Assembly (NCBI GenBank): GCA_964410865.1
Contig: CAYPIQ010000005.1
Location: 7,037-71,036, forward strand
Source: an uncultured Spirochaetales bacterium
Lineage (GTDB): Bacteria > Spirochaetota > Spirochaetia > JAFGDJ01
DNA: 64,000 nt
Direction: 5' to 3'
The translations under genes and the position numbers were made by a program. Numbering within the stretch: position 1 is the stretch's first letter; every line of letters begins with the position of its first letter. Below, piece after piece: positions 27,534 to 38,048 of the stretch. Under the pieces are notes generated by a model that was not told the DNA's origin, did no database searches, and was given only the letters and a program-made list of their open reading frames with translations.

Positions 27534-28553
27534 TCAGCTCAGAATTTTTTTATAGACATCCAGATATCCTTTGATCATCTCTTTTATGGTAAACCTTGAC
27601 ATTGCCCAGGTATGACATTTTCTTCGGTCGATTAGTTCCGGGGTCTTGCTCAAGCTTTGAACTTTTTCAACCGCCTCGTCGATTGAGGGAACGAGAAAGC
27701 CGGTCTCCCCTTCCCGAATGAGTTCGGGCATGGACCCTCGACGAAAGGCGATCACGGGAGTGCCGCAGAGCATTGACTCGGCGACGCTTAAGCCGAAGGG
27801 TTCGTCGAAGTTGATGGGATGGAGCAAAGCAAGGGCGCCGCCGAGGAGGCGGTTTCTTTGAACCGGGCCCGCTTCTCCAAGGAATCGAATGCTTTGCCCA
27901 TCGATCTCAGGTTTCACATAGCTATCGAAATAGGCTTGATCCTGAATTATGCCGGCGATGAAAAGTGGAAGTCCGGCTTTTCGCGCAATGCTGATCGCCT
28001 CCCTGGTCCCCTTGTCGTGGTGGATTCGCCCTAAAAAAAGTAAATATTCTCCCGGCCTTTCCCTGAATGTGAAGTACTTCGGATCGATTCCATTATACAC
28101 TGTCGCGATATAATTCAGATCCGGGTGTCGATTTGCATCGCTGATTGACACGTAATGAACCACGGAGTCGTACTTCTTGTACACCGGCACTATTTTTGGT
28201 GATGAAAATCCGTGGATCGTGGTGACCATCGGTACATCGATAAGTTTGGAAAAAATCAAAGGCATAAAGTCAAAATGGTTGTGTATGATATCGAATCTAT
28301 GGGCCTGTTCCATCAGGTATGAGATATGGAGGGCCTCCCAGACTTTCGGATCGAGATTTTTATTTTCCTCGTACGGGTTGGGACAGACCGCCTCAAGATT
28401 ACCTGCTGTAATCGAATCGGCGGTTGCAAACAAGGTAACCTCATGGCCTTCGCGCACGAGGCCCTCGGCATGGTTCGAGGCCACCTGCTCCCAGGGCCCA
28501 TAATGCCTTGGAGGAGTTCTCCATGCGATGGAGGAGAGAATTGCGATATGCAT
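27534..28553 (-). CDS. Glycosyltransferase family 4
   Basis: PPRHYGPWE, FLGRIHHDKG, EPFGLSVAESMLCGTPV. Confidence 0.9.
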   Translation of the reverse strand: MHIAILSSIAWRTPPRHYGPWEQVASNHAEGLVREGHEVTLFATADSITAGNLEAVCPNPYEENKNLDPKVWEALHISYLMEQAHRFDIIHNHFDFMPLIFSKLIDVPMVTTIHGFSSPKIVPVYKKYDSVVHYVSISDANRHPDLNYIATVYNGIDPKYFTFRERPGEYLLFLGRIHHDKGTREAISIARKAGLPLFIAGIIQDQAYFDSYVKPEIDGQSIRFLGEAGPVQRNRLLGGALALLHPINFDEPFGLSVAESMLCGTPVIAFRRGSMPELIREGETGFLVPSIDEAVEKVQSLSKTPELIDRRKCHTWAMSRFTIKEMIKGYLDVYKKILS

Positions 28554-28694
28554 TCCTCAAATACCTCACTCCCGGGTATGGATGAATGAAAAGATAGCCT
28601 GGAGGCTAAGGATAGTCAAGTTTCTATTCTGTTTGCCCTTCGGGTTTCGTTTGTGTATTTTTTACTATATATACAACGTGAGAGGTCTGTGCGC

Positions 28695-30173
28695 ATGGGA
28701 TTATCGTCTCTACGTAGATCTGATATAGTGTTGAAACCGAATGCATCGAGAGTTCTTATTCGTTCTCATGCTATTCACAATAGAGAGCGGCAGCTTCGAA
28801 TTATTTCCCGCATACTCACGATGCCTCTCTCCGAGGCGAAAAGGGCGGCGGCCAAAGCTTTTGAAAAATTTGAAGATCGGCACAAAAACCTGAGCGAGTT
28901 TCTTCTGCAGAATTATCACACGGTTGAAGCTTTGGTTCCCACTGATCGTGAGTTGCCGGATGAATACAGGCTCTTGATTGGAGCAGCCTTCTCCCAGGAG
29001 TATGCCGTTGAGTCGTCGGCACTCTTCAATCCTTCCATTGTCCCGCATCCCGATCAGGGAGCTGTCCCGCCCGGAAGCCTCCGTTTTGTTTTGAGTCTGC
29101 GGGCAACCGGAGAAGGGCATGTCTCCAGCCTCGAGTTCCGCGAAGGGATAATTCATGAAGATGGAAAAATAGAAATCCAACCGGTATCGAAATTCGTGAC
29201 AGAGGGAGCTATTGCGGATAATCCCGTCTTCGGTAAAGAGGTTCTTCGAGACAAGCTGTTGGATTTGGGGGAGTTGAACGATTTTTCAAAACAGATCCTC
29301 GCCGAACTTCCACAACGGTTCAGTCTAAAGGAAATAGAAGCTGTTCTTGACTCGAACGAACGAATGAATCGACAGGTTTCTTTGGTATGGGGCCCGACGA
29401 TCAACAGGATGCGGACACTCCTTAGATCTCATTACACCGTGAGCTTTGACGAAAGTCGTCCGATATCGGAACGGGTAATCTACCCAAAAGCTCCGACTGA
29501 AAGAGGCGGTATAGAAGATGCGCGTTTTGTTCGCTTTGTAGAAGAGGATGGAAGTGCTGTCTATTACGGGGTATACACCGCCTTTGACGGAACGGTGATT
29601 CTTCCCCAGCTCATTTCCAGTAAAGATTTTCTGAACTTCAATATAAGCACACTCAATGGACCGCAGATCGAGAATAAAGGCCTGGCTCTCTTCCCGCGGA
29701 AGGTGAACGGGCGCTACGCAATGGTAGGGAGGCAGGATAATGAGAACCTCTACCTGATGTATTCCGATCGCCTCCTGTTTTGGCATTCCAGGGAACTTTT
29801 ATTGCGCCCCACATATATTTGGGAGACCGTGCAAATCGGCAACTGTGGGTCTCCAATTGAAACCAAATGGGGCTGGCTCCTTCTTACTCATGGAGTCGGC
29901 CCCATGCGTACCTATTCAATTGGCGCTGTGTTGCTCGATCTTGAAAATCCCTCGAAGGTGACCGGTCGTTTAACGAAGCCGCTCTTAGAACCCATCAAGC
30001 GTGAAAGGGACGGATATGTTCCCAATGTGGTCTATAGTTGTGGGGCTTTAATACATCGGGACAGACTGGTTTTACCCTATGCAATGAGCGATTATTCTAC
30101 AGGATTCGCTACTGTGGACTTGGAGGAGTTGATACATGAACTGAGGCGCCGGGGAGGTGAAGAACATGGATAA
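28695..30173 (+). CDS. GH130-related glycosidase/phosphorylase
   Basis: ALFNPS, GEGHVSS, GGIEDARF, YTAFDG, NKGLALFP, QIGNCGSP, VPNVVYSCG; start ATG 28695. Confidence 0.85.
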   Translation: MGLSSLRRSDIVLKPNASRVLIRSHAIHNRERQLRIISRILTMPLSEAKRAAAKAFEKFEDRHKNLSEFLLQNYHTVEALVPTDRELPDEYRLLIGAAFSQEYAVESSALFNPSIVPHPDQGAVPPGSLRFVLSLRATGEGHVSSLEFREGIIHEDGKIEIQPVSKFVTEGAIADNPVFGKEVLRDKLLDLGELNDFSKQILAELPQRFSLKEIEAVLDSNERMNRQVSLVWGPTINRMRTLLRSHYTVSFDESRPISERVIYPKAPTERGGIEDARFVRFVEEDGSAVYYGVYTAFDGTVILPQLISSKDFLNFNISTLNGPQIENKGLALFPRKVNGRYAMVGRQDNENLYLMYSDRLLFWHSRELLLRPTYIWETVQIGNCGSPIETKWGWLLLTHGVGPMRTYSIGAVLLDLENPSKVTGRLTKPLLEPIKRERDGYVPNVVYSCGALIHRDRLVLPYAMSDYSTGFATVDLEELIHELRRRGGEEHG

Positions 30174-32487
30174 GATCAGAAGAATTGCTATTGTTGGTGA
30201 CTATATTCCACGTCATTGTGGTATTGCAAAATTTACCCATGATCTATATAAAGCGATAAAACTACAGGCACCGAAAACCGACGTCCAGATAGTTACGGTA
30301 AATGATACAAAAAACGGGTATTCCTACCCGGAGGAGGTCTGTTTTGAGATCGGCGAAGAGATCCGGGAAGAGTATGAACGTGCGGCGGATTATCTGCACG
30401 TCAACAACATCGATGTCGTCTCCCTCCAGCACGAGTTCGGAATTTACGGGGGAAGTTGGGGTAGCCACATTCTTCCTTTTTTAAAATCGCTTCGCATTCC
30501 GGTAGTTACCACGCTTCATACCATCCTCCAGGAACCGAATGTCGAGCAAAGGCACATTCTTCGGGAAATTGGAAGGACCTCCACTTTTCTAGTTACCATG
30601 GCGGAGAAAGGACGAGAGATGTTGAAGGATGTGTATGATCTCGAAGCAGGAAAGATCGAAGTAATACCCCATGGGATCCCCGATATGCCTTTTGTTGATC
30701 CGAATTTTTACAAGGATCAATTTGGAGTAGAGGGAAAACATGTCATCTTAACGTTTGGTCTTCTCTCCCCGAACAAGGGCATAGAGCAGATGATCGAAGC
30801 TCTCCCGAAGATCATCCAAGAGGTACCGGATACCGTTTACATCGTGCTGGGAGCTACCCATCCCCATCTTATTCGCAGAGACGGTGAGGCCTATCGATTG
30901 AGTCTCACCCGCCTGGTCGAGCGCCTGGGAGTGAAGGACAATGTGATTTTTTACAACCGTTTTGTCTCTGATGAGGAGCTGCGGGAGTTTCTTGGAATGG
31001 CAGATGTGTATGTGACCCCATACCTCAATGAAGCTCAAATTACCTCAGGAACTCTCTCCTTCGCTTTTGGATGTGGAAAAGCGGTGGTTTCTACACCCTA
31101 CCGACATGCTGTTGAACTCCTTGGCGGCAACAAAGGAATCCTTGTCCCCTTTAAGGATTCTCGGGCTATGGCAAATGCGATTGTTCGTCTTCTTAAAAAT
31201 GAATCGGAACGACACGCCATGCGCAAGCGCGCCTACCTTCTGGGAAGAGAGATGACCTGGGCCCAGGTAGGAGGCAGATATGTAGAGTTGTTCGAACGTG
31301 CGAGGAAGAGCGCGCCGGAACGGGCCACTACTCGCCACTTTGCGGTTCGTACATTGGCGAACAGTCCACGACGTCTTCCGGAGTTGAAACTGGATCATCT
31401 GAAACGGTTCACCGACGATACCGGTCTTCTACAGCATGCAAAGTATTCAATACCCAATCGCTTTGAAGGATACTGTACCGATGACAACGCTCGGGCTTTG
31501 GTGCTTATGGAAATTCTCAAAGAGCTTGGGATCCGAAATGAAGATCTGACTTTTATGGAATCCGTGTATGCCGCATTTTTAAACCATGCTTTTGATTCCG
31601 GGACAAGGGTCTTTCGAAATTTTCACTCCTATGATCGCCGGTGGATAGATGAACAAAAATCCGAGGATTGCCAGGGGAGGGCCTTATGGGCCCTGGGAAC
31701 CGTAATCGGCCGATCGGAAGATGAGGAACTTGTTTCATGGGCAGTTGAGATTTTTAACGCTGCCTTACCTGTTGTGCTTGAATACCCGTCAATTAGGGCC
31801 TGGGCTTTTACTGCTCGGGGTATTTACGAGTATGTGCAAAGGTTCCAGGGAGACAGGACAATTCGGTTGGCTGCCCACCAACTTACGGATCGTTTTATGG
31901 ATGCTTTTCAAAATGAGTCGACGCTTATCTGGAAATGGTTCGAAGATAGACTAACCTATGAGAACGCCAGGTTATCGGAAGCACTCATTCTTCTATCTAT
32001 ACTTACTGAACGGCAGGACGCCCTGGAAATCGGACTTGAGAGCTTGCGATGGCTTGATAGTGTTCAGCAATCTGATCAGAGCAACTTCAGACCAATCGGG
32101 AACAAGGGTTTTTACCCTAGCGGTGGATCTCCGGCCTACTATGACCAGCAACCGGTGGAGGCAGCCGCTATGGTATCCGCTTCCATTGCCGCGTATATTG
32201 CCTCGGAAGATGATCGGTGGGGAGAGACCGCCCACCGGAGCTTTGAGTGGTTTCTCGGCAGGAATGACCTATCTATTCCTCTCTATGATCCCAGGACGGG
32301 AGGCTGTTTTGATGGCCTGATGGTAGACAGGGTAAACCGCAATATGGGAGCAGAATCAACCCTTTCGTTTTTACTTTCCCTGGCCGAAATAAAGCTGCTG
32401 GAAAACCGGCTTGCCACGTATGAAAGCGCAAAGGAGCCGGTAATGAAGGAGAAGACTATCGCCGGACTTGAAATGATAGAGCAATGA
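30166..32487 (+). CDS. GT4 glycosyltransferase fused to a C-terminal alpha/alpha glycosidase-like domain
   Basis: CGIAKFT, QHEFGIYGG, FGLLSPNKG, SGTL; C-terminal GLLQHA, YCTDDNARAL, YENARL, YDQQPVE, NMGAEST. Confidence 0.85.
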   Translation: MDKIRRIAIVGDYIPRHCGIAKFTHDLYKAIKLQAPKTDVQIVTVNDTKNGYSYPEEVCFEIGEEIREEYERAADYLHVNNIDVVSLQHEFGIYGGSWGSHILPFLKSLRIPVVTTLHTILQEPNVEQRHILREIGRTSTFLVTMAEKGREMLKDVYDLEAGKIEVIPHGIPDMPFVDPNFYKDQFGVEGKHVILTFGLLSPNKGIEQMIEALPKIIQEVPDTVYIVLGATHPHLIRRDGEAYRLSLTRLVERLGVKDNVIFYNRFVSDEELREFLGMADVYVTPYLNEAQITSGTLSFAFGCGKAVVSTPYRHAVELLGGNKGILVPFKDSRAMANAIVRLLKNESERHAMRKRAYLLGREMTWAQVGGRYVELFERARKSAPERATTRHFAVRTLANSPRRLPELKLDHLKRFTDDTGLLQHAKYSIPNRFEGYCTDDNARALVLMEILKELGIRNEDLTFMESVYAAFLNHAFDSGTRVFRNFHSYDRRWIDEQKSEDCQGRALWALGTVIGRSEDEELVSWAVEIFNAALPVVLEYPSIRAWAFTARGIYEYVQRFQGDRTIRLAAHQLTDRFMDAFQNESTLIWKWFEDRLTYENARLSEALILLSILTERQDALEIGLESLRWLDSVQQSDQSNFRPIGNKGFYPSGGSPAYYDQQPVEAAAMVSASIAAYIASEDDRWGETAHRSFEWFLGRNDLSIPLYDPRTGGCFDGLMVDRVNRNMGAESTLSFLLSLAEIKLLENRLATYESAKEPVMKEKTIAGLEMIEQ

Positions 32488-32557
32488 GGGGTACAACTAT
32501 CACCAGGGCTGTCTGAGGCGGCTTCTGCCGGAACATCTTTTGGTGAGGATTTTTTAA

Positions 32558-33994
32558 AATTATCGTTTTGAAAGAACCTTTATAGGAAAGATCGAGGATT
32601 TTGAGGATCTCGGGGAGGGATATTTCAGAACCGTTATCAGTTATGCCGTTGAAACGGCCGGCCGGGATATCGTTCAGTTTTTGAATGTGGTCTTCGGAAA
32701 TATAAGCATCAAACCCGGCATCAAGGTGGAACGGCTTCTTTTACCGGAGGATATGCTAAAAAATTTCATCGGACCTCGATTCGGCAGGGAAGGACTCCGG
32801 AGAAGACTGCGTATAAGCAACCGGCCGCTTATCTGCACCGCCCTTAAACCCATGGAACTCTCCGCCTCCGAACTGGCGGAAAAAGCGTACCGTTTTGCCA
32901 GGGACGGTATTGATATCATAAAGGACGATCACGGCCTGGCGGATCAGGTATTCTCGCCCTTTACCGGACGGGTAAAACGCTGCGCCGAGGCGGTGGCAAA
33001 GGCGAATGCAGAGACGGGAGGATCAACAATCTACATGCCCAATATCACGGCTCCCTTCGATCGGATCAGGGAGTGCTGTGAAACCGCCTTGCGGGAGGGT
33101 GCCGGGGGATTCCTGATCTGCCCAGGATTGTGCGGAATAAATACCATGCGGTATGTAACAGCATGTGATGAATTCGACGTTCTCGTAATGGCTCACCCGG
33201 CTTTTTCCGGAAGCTTTGTAACCTCCACTGAGAACGGACTGAGTCATTACATACTCTACGGACAGCTCATGAGGCCGGCGGGGGCGGAATTTCTGTCTTC
33301 ATATTTAAAGCCCAAATGCCGGATAGGCGTTGCCTGGAGCAGGACGGTGAGTTCGATGTTATCCTATGTTAAACCCTCCCAGGCGCATCCGGATTGCCGC
33401 ATCAATGAGCTTGCCGGGACCTACCTGGCTCCTCACATACCCTACAGTGTCAGCCGTCCCCTGGCGGAGAAGCTGAATATCCATCTGGAAAGCATCCCGG
33501 TGCCCGTCCTGCTAAAAAGTGAAGAAAAAATAAATATTATCCTTCAGGAAGAACTGATCCGTACCGCCCCGGCGAACGCCCTGGAGGTGGATGTTGCCCT
33601 GGTGGGTATCGGAAATATTTCATCCACCTCGAGCCTTGCAAGAACAGGGTATATAAGCCGGGAACACATGGACGAAATTCGATTAAAGAAGGCCGTCGGC
33701 GATATCCTCATGCGTTATTTCGACAGCCGGGGCAGGCATTTCCCCATGTCCTTCGAAGACCGCATCGTTTCACTGAAGTGGGAAGAGATTATGAAACTCT
33801 CTTTTGTCATGGCCATGGCCTTCGGGGCGCAGAAAATCGAACCCATCAGGGGGGCTCTACGGGGTGGAATTATCCACGGATTGATAACCGACCGTGAAAC
33901 CGCCCTTCAGCTTCTCGACGAAGCGGCCGGGGACGAACGAAAAGACTCCGGCATGGATAATGGTATTCCGGGTCCATCGCCTAGTGGACCCTGA
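32558..33994 (+). pseudogene. Chimeric ORF: 5'-truncated RuBisCO-like protein (form IV) fused in frame to a SorC/DeoR sugar-binding domain
   Basis: GPRFG, ALKPM, IKDDHGLADQ, AHPAFSG, then IGVAWSRT...VALVGIG...GDILMRYFD...GALRGG...LITD; in-frame stop at 32555 and no start codon. Confidence 0.8.
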
Positions 33995-34011
33995 TAATAG
34001 GACCAGATTTC

Positions 34012-34625
34012 TCATGGAAACGGAACCTCGGTTTGGACGATCACACGAATCAGTTTCTGGTCGGAGCAAAAGAGGAGGGCGAGGCCCTCGGCTTAGAGGT
34101 GGACACTTTTATTACCAACGGGGAGGATGCAAATTCCAGGATTTCGTCAACCTTGTTATGAATCAGGACTACGACGGAGTCATCCTCTCCCATGGAAAGG
34201 ACCCCTATGCCACCGAAGCGGGCCTGGCCCACGCTCTGGTGGGGGCAAACGGTGCAGGCAAATCCACCCTTATGAAGGTGCTTTCCGGTGTATACGATCA
34301 TTATACCGGAAGCATCTCCCTTAACGGCCGGGAGCTCGACATCCGGTCTCCGCCCGCCTTCAAGGCCTTCGGTATCGGGACCGTATACCAGGAAGTGGAT
34401 ACCTCCCTGGGGGTGGATGTGGGCGCCAAGAGGGATATTTTCGAACTCGTCGGGAATCCGGCGGGGCAGGGTAAGGCGATTATCTACGCATCCTGTGAAC
34501 CGGCCGAAATAATGGGAATATCCGACCGGGTCTAGGTCATGTATAACGGTACAATAGTGAAAGAACTGAAGACCGAACAGACCAGTGAACAGGAACTGCT
34601 TTTTTATTCAACCGGAGGAAAGTAG
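34012..34625 (+). pseudogene. Collapsed sugar ABC transporter remnants (binding protein fused to ATPase)
   Basis: RNLGLDDHTNQF...FQDFVN..YDGVILSHGKDPY joined to HALVGANGAGKST...VYQEVDT joined to GVDVGAK...ISDRV*VMY. Confidence 0.75.
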
Positions 34626-34628
34626 CAC

Positions 34629-35078
34629 ATGAAGACGGAAAGTCCCAATATGCAGGGTGAGAAAAAATTCGATTTTTTCGACTTTCTCTATAGATGGGGA
34701 ACGATCATCACTATCGTTCTCCTGATTATTTTTTTCAGCGTTAAGACGAAATCCTTTCTTTCAACGAAGAACATAATCAATATTCTCCGTTCCATCTCGA
34801 TTGTGACGGTTATCGCCATCGGTGTATCCACTTTTATGGTAAACACCCTCCTGGACACCACCATGACGGATTCGGAACACCGGAAGCAGTTTACCGGCCG
34901 GCTGGAAGAAACCATCCGGGATGTGATGCGCCTGTTCGTGGAGAAGTGGAAGAAGAGGTGGGGAAAAAAGGTTTCCGAGGTAACGGCACGGTACGACGGC
35001 TTCGCCGAAGGGTATCTCTCGGATGTTCTCGCGGACACTGCCGGGGAGTATCCCCGGCCGGAGGGGATCGGCGCATGA
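34629..35078 (+). pseudogene. ABC permease N-terminus fused in frame to a methylthioribose kinase (MtnK) fragment
   Basis: FFSVKTKSFLSTKNIINILRSISIVTVIAIG followed by FTGRLEETI...YLSDVLADTAG. Confidence 0.6.
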
Positions 35079-36130
35079 AGAGTGTGTACGCGGTGGATGC
35101 GGTAAAACTGGACGATGAAGAAGACGTTCTCATTATTCTGGATCAGACCCTGCTGCCCGGAGAAAAACGGTACCTGCATCTCACCGAGCGCAGGGATATC
35201 TGGGAGGCAATCTATCAGCTCAAGGTGAGGGGCGCCCCGGCCATCGGTATTGCCGCAGCCTACGGAGTTTATCTCTGTACAAAAAAGGCCTCCGCAGCCG
35301 ACGGAAAGAAACTCTACGAAGAATTCCTGAAGGTCAAGGACTACCTGGCCGGTTCCAGGCCCACGGCGGTCAATCTCTTCTGGGCATTGGACAGGATGGA
35401 TCGGCGGTTTCAGGACGTCATAAACAGCCCGGTGGAGGAGATTATTCGAGCCCTGAAGGAAGAAGCCGATGCCATACGAACCGAAGACGAGGAAGTCTGC
35501 CGTAAAATAGGAGAAAACGGTCTGGAACTTCTCGATAAAGGATGGGGGCTCCTGACTCATTGCAACGCAGGCACCCTGGCTACGGCACGGTTCGGAACGG
35601 CAACTGCCCCTATGTACCTCGGGGCCGAACAGGGCTACGGATTCAAGGTCTATGTGGACGAGACCCGGCCGCTCTTACAGGGTGCCCGTTTGACGGCATG
35701 GGAACTCATGGAAGCGGGCATCGACGTAACATTGATATGCGACAACATGGCGTCCATCGTCATGAAGCAGGGCAGAGTGCAGGCCGTTCTGGTAGGATGT
35801 GATCGGGTGGCTGCCAACGGGGACAGTGCAAATAAAATCGGAACATCGGGCCTGGCCGTACTTGCTCGATACTACGGTATTCCATTCTACATTCACGCAC
35901 CCCTTTCAACGGTAGATCTGTCCTGCCCGGGAGGTGAGGATATCGTCATAGAGCAACGGAGCCCTGAAGAAGTGACGGAGAAGTGGTACTCGAAACGTAT
36001 GGCCCCGGAAAAAGTGCGAGTGTATAATCCTGCTTTTGACGTAACGGATGCCGAACTTATTACTGCCATTGTTACGGAGAAGGGTATTGCCCGTCCGCCC
36101 TATACCGAGTCATTGAAGGCGTTTTTCTAG
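35075..36130 (+). CDS. mtnA: S-methyl-5-thioribose-1-phosphate isomerase
   Basis: LDQTLLP, VRGAPAIG, RPTAVNL, LTHCNAG, DETRPLLQGARLT, NKIGT, NPAFDVT; start ATG 35075. Confidence 0.95.
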   Translation: MKSVYAVDAVKLDDEEDVLIILDQTLLPGEKRYLHLTERRDIWEAIYQLKVRGAPAIGIAAAYGVYLCTKKASAADGKKLYEEFLKVKDYLAGSRPTAVNLFWALDRMDRRFQDVINSPVEEIIRALKEEADAIRTEDEEVCRKIGENGLELLDKGWGLLTHCNAGTLATARFGTATAPMYLGAEQGYGFKVYVDETRPLLQGARLTAWELMEAGIDVTLICDNMASIVMKQGRVQAVLVGCDRVAANGDSANKIGTSGLAVLARYYGIPFYIHAPLSTVDLSCPGGEDIVIEQRSPEEVTEKWYSKRMAPEKVRVYNPAFDVTDAELITAIVTEKGIARPPYTESLKAFF

Positions 36131-36636
36131 AAAATCCTCACGGGGATACGGCCTCGGCGGCCCGCCCTTAAGAAGAGTCCCGTACACCGCCGATGGTCTG
36201 TGCAGGGTTCCGGCCGTTTCGATATAGCGGTCCATGGGTAACGGCCGCTGCAAAGACGGTATACCCGCGGCTTCCAGGAGGTCCTGACGGTAGACAACCG
36301 TCTGCACCTCGGCAAAGGTCGGTATCCGCTTACTCCATCCAGGGCCTGATCTCGACATCCACCTTTATTATGTCCGGCGGATTTAATACCCCGCAGTTTT
36401 CTGCGTAATCTTCCGAGATTACGAAAAGGTTAGAAGTTGTAAGGATAAGCGGGGTACTAAAGCCCGCCAACAGTCCAATTCTTTACATATCCAACATACC
36501 CCGCCGCTTGCGGCGGGGCTGTTGATTCCTGTTTTTCCGTCCACGAACCTGTGAGCGGGCCACTGCTTCGGTAGAGTTCCGAAGCCGGATCGCCAATGGC
36601 GAGGATTCTGATATATGTCTCTTTGCTTGTTTTCAT
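36131..36636 (-). pseudogene. Sugar ABC solute-binding protein remnant interrupted by a hairpin element
   Basis: MKTSKETYIRILAIGDP at 36636; downstream VVYRQDLLEAAG fragment; frameshifts. Confidence 0.5.
36492..36527. repeat. REP-like hairpin, copy B
   Basis: CAACATACCCCGCCGC-TT-GCGGCGGGGCTGTTG-ATT. Confidence 0.65.
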
Positions 36637-36715
36637 AACGATCCTTTCTTTACCGGCCCGGCCGTCCGCGTTGTTCCGGGAGTCCGGCTGTCCTTATTTT
36701 CATATTTTACTATAG

Positions 36716-37069
36716 ATGCCCGAGCGAATTGCTTTCAATAAAGTGTTTACTGTTCCGGTCTTAGAAGCAAAATACATAAACTCCCAGTTACTCATATACA
36801 GGGGGCATCGGATAACCGGGCACCCGGAAAGTGTAATCAAGGAGGTACATACTTTGAAAAAGAAATCGCAGGAGAGGAGAGAGAGGCGGCGTCTGGAGCC
36901 TAAGCTTTCATGCATACCGGAAGATGCGTTGAAAAAGATTTTCGAATGGGAGCGCCTGCTGGATGAAAACCCCGAGCAGACTCCCAGGATACTGGAACTC
37001 CAGTGGAAGGACAGGGGCTGTCTGCTCGCCGGTATCACCATAGAGAGGATTTCCCCGGAGGGTGATTAA
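36716..37069 (+). CDS. Hypothetical protein
   Basis: 117-aa ORF in an otherwise empty gap; no recognised motif. Confidence 0.3.
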   Translation: MPERIAFNKVFTVPVLEAKYINSQLLIYRGHRITGHPESVIKEVHTLKKKSQERRERRRLEPKLSCIPEDALKKIFEWERLLDENPEQTPRILELQWKDRGCLLAGITIERISPEGD

Positions 37070-37124
37070 AACCTCACCCTGTGTGTCGAGGTTTTTCATC
37101 GCTTCTCCGGCGGAGAGGCGAATC

Positions 37125-38048
37125 CTATTCCCAGAGCTGGTTGGAGTTTACAAGCCCCAGGTTGTCATAGATTTCTATGGTGGGTCGACTGCGGTTAAGG
37201 GTATAGAAATGTATGCCGTCCACGTCGTATGCCAGCAGGTCGAATACCTGCTGGGCGGCCCAGTGTATGCCGACGTTACGGACTTTCTCTTCCTCTACCC
37301 GGTGTATAGCTTCCAGCAGTCCGGAGGGAAATCGCGTGCCGGGTGAGAGTTCGGCCATTCTTGTCAGGCCCTTCCGGCTGGTTATGGGCATGATGCCGGC
37401 GAGAATAGGCACATTGATTCCCCAGAAATCACACCGGGCTTTGAAATCGTAGAATTCGTAATTGTCGAAGAACATCTGGCTTGTAAGGTAATCTACTCCT
37501 GCATCCACCTTCTCTTTTAAACGATCCATTTCGGTAAGCCGGTTGGGAGTATCTTTATGACCTTCGGGGTAACAGGCGGCTCCTATTCCCATATCCGGGA
37601 ATTCGCGCTTGATAAACCTGATAAGATCCGTTGCATACGCAAAGCCGTCTTTTTCAGGGACGAATTCTTTCTGTCCCTCCGGCGGGTCTCCGCGCAGGGC
37701 CAGAATATTCTTTATCCCCGCGTCATTATAGGTGCCGAGGATTTCGTATATTTCATGTTTACTCGAACCTACACAGGTGAGATGGGGAACCACGGTAAGC
37801 CCCGTCATTTTCTTGATTTTTAATACCAGTTCATGGGTGAGCTTCCGGGTCGTTCCCCCGGCCCCGTAGGTCACACTTACAAATGTCGGATGAAGGGGTA
37901 TTAGTTTTTCGATATTCCCGTAGAGTTCTTCCGCGCTTTTCTCGGTCTTCGGCGGGAAAAACTCAAAGCTGATACTTGTCTTTACTTTTTTGAGGATATC
38001 TTTGACCTTCATTCCCTTTATTTCGTTGTGTACGTCTTCAGCTCTCAT
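37125..38048 (-). CDS. metF: 5,10-methylenetetrahydrofolate reductase
   Basis: SFEFFPPK, SVTYGAGG, HLTC, ALRGDPP, YPEGH, SQMFF, HFYTLNR; ATGA overlap with the upstream gene. Confidence 0.96.
   Translation of the reverse strand: MRAEDVHNEIKGMKVKDILKKVKTSISFEFFPPKTEKSAEELYGNIEKLIPLHPTFVSVTYGAGGTTRKLTHELVLKIKKMTGLTVVPHLTCVGSSKHEIYEILGTYNDAGIKNILALRGDPPEGQKEFVPEKDGFAYATDLIRFIKREFPDMGIGAACYPEGHKDTPNRLTEMDRLKEKVDAGVDYLTSQMFFDNYEFYDFKARCDFWGINVPILAGIMPITSRKGLTRMAELSPGTRFPSGLLEAIHRVEEEKVRNVGIHWAAQQVFDLLAYDVDGIHFYTLNRSRPTIEIYDNLGLVNSNQLWE

Noticed and set aside
32681-33280. True RuBisCO / CO2 fixation
   Set aside because: Motif is KDDH rather than KDDE, typical of form IV RLP, and the gene is truncated at both ends.
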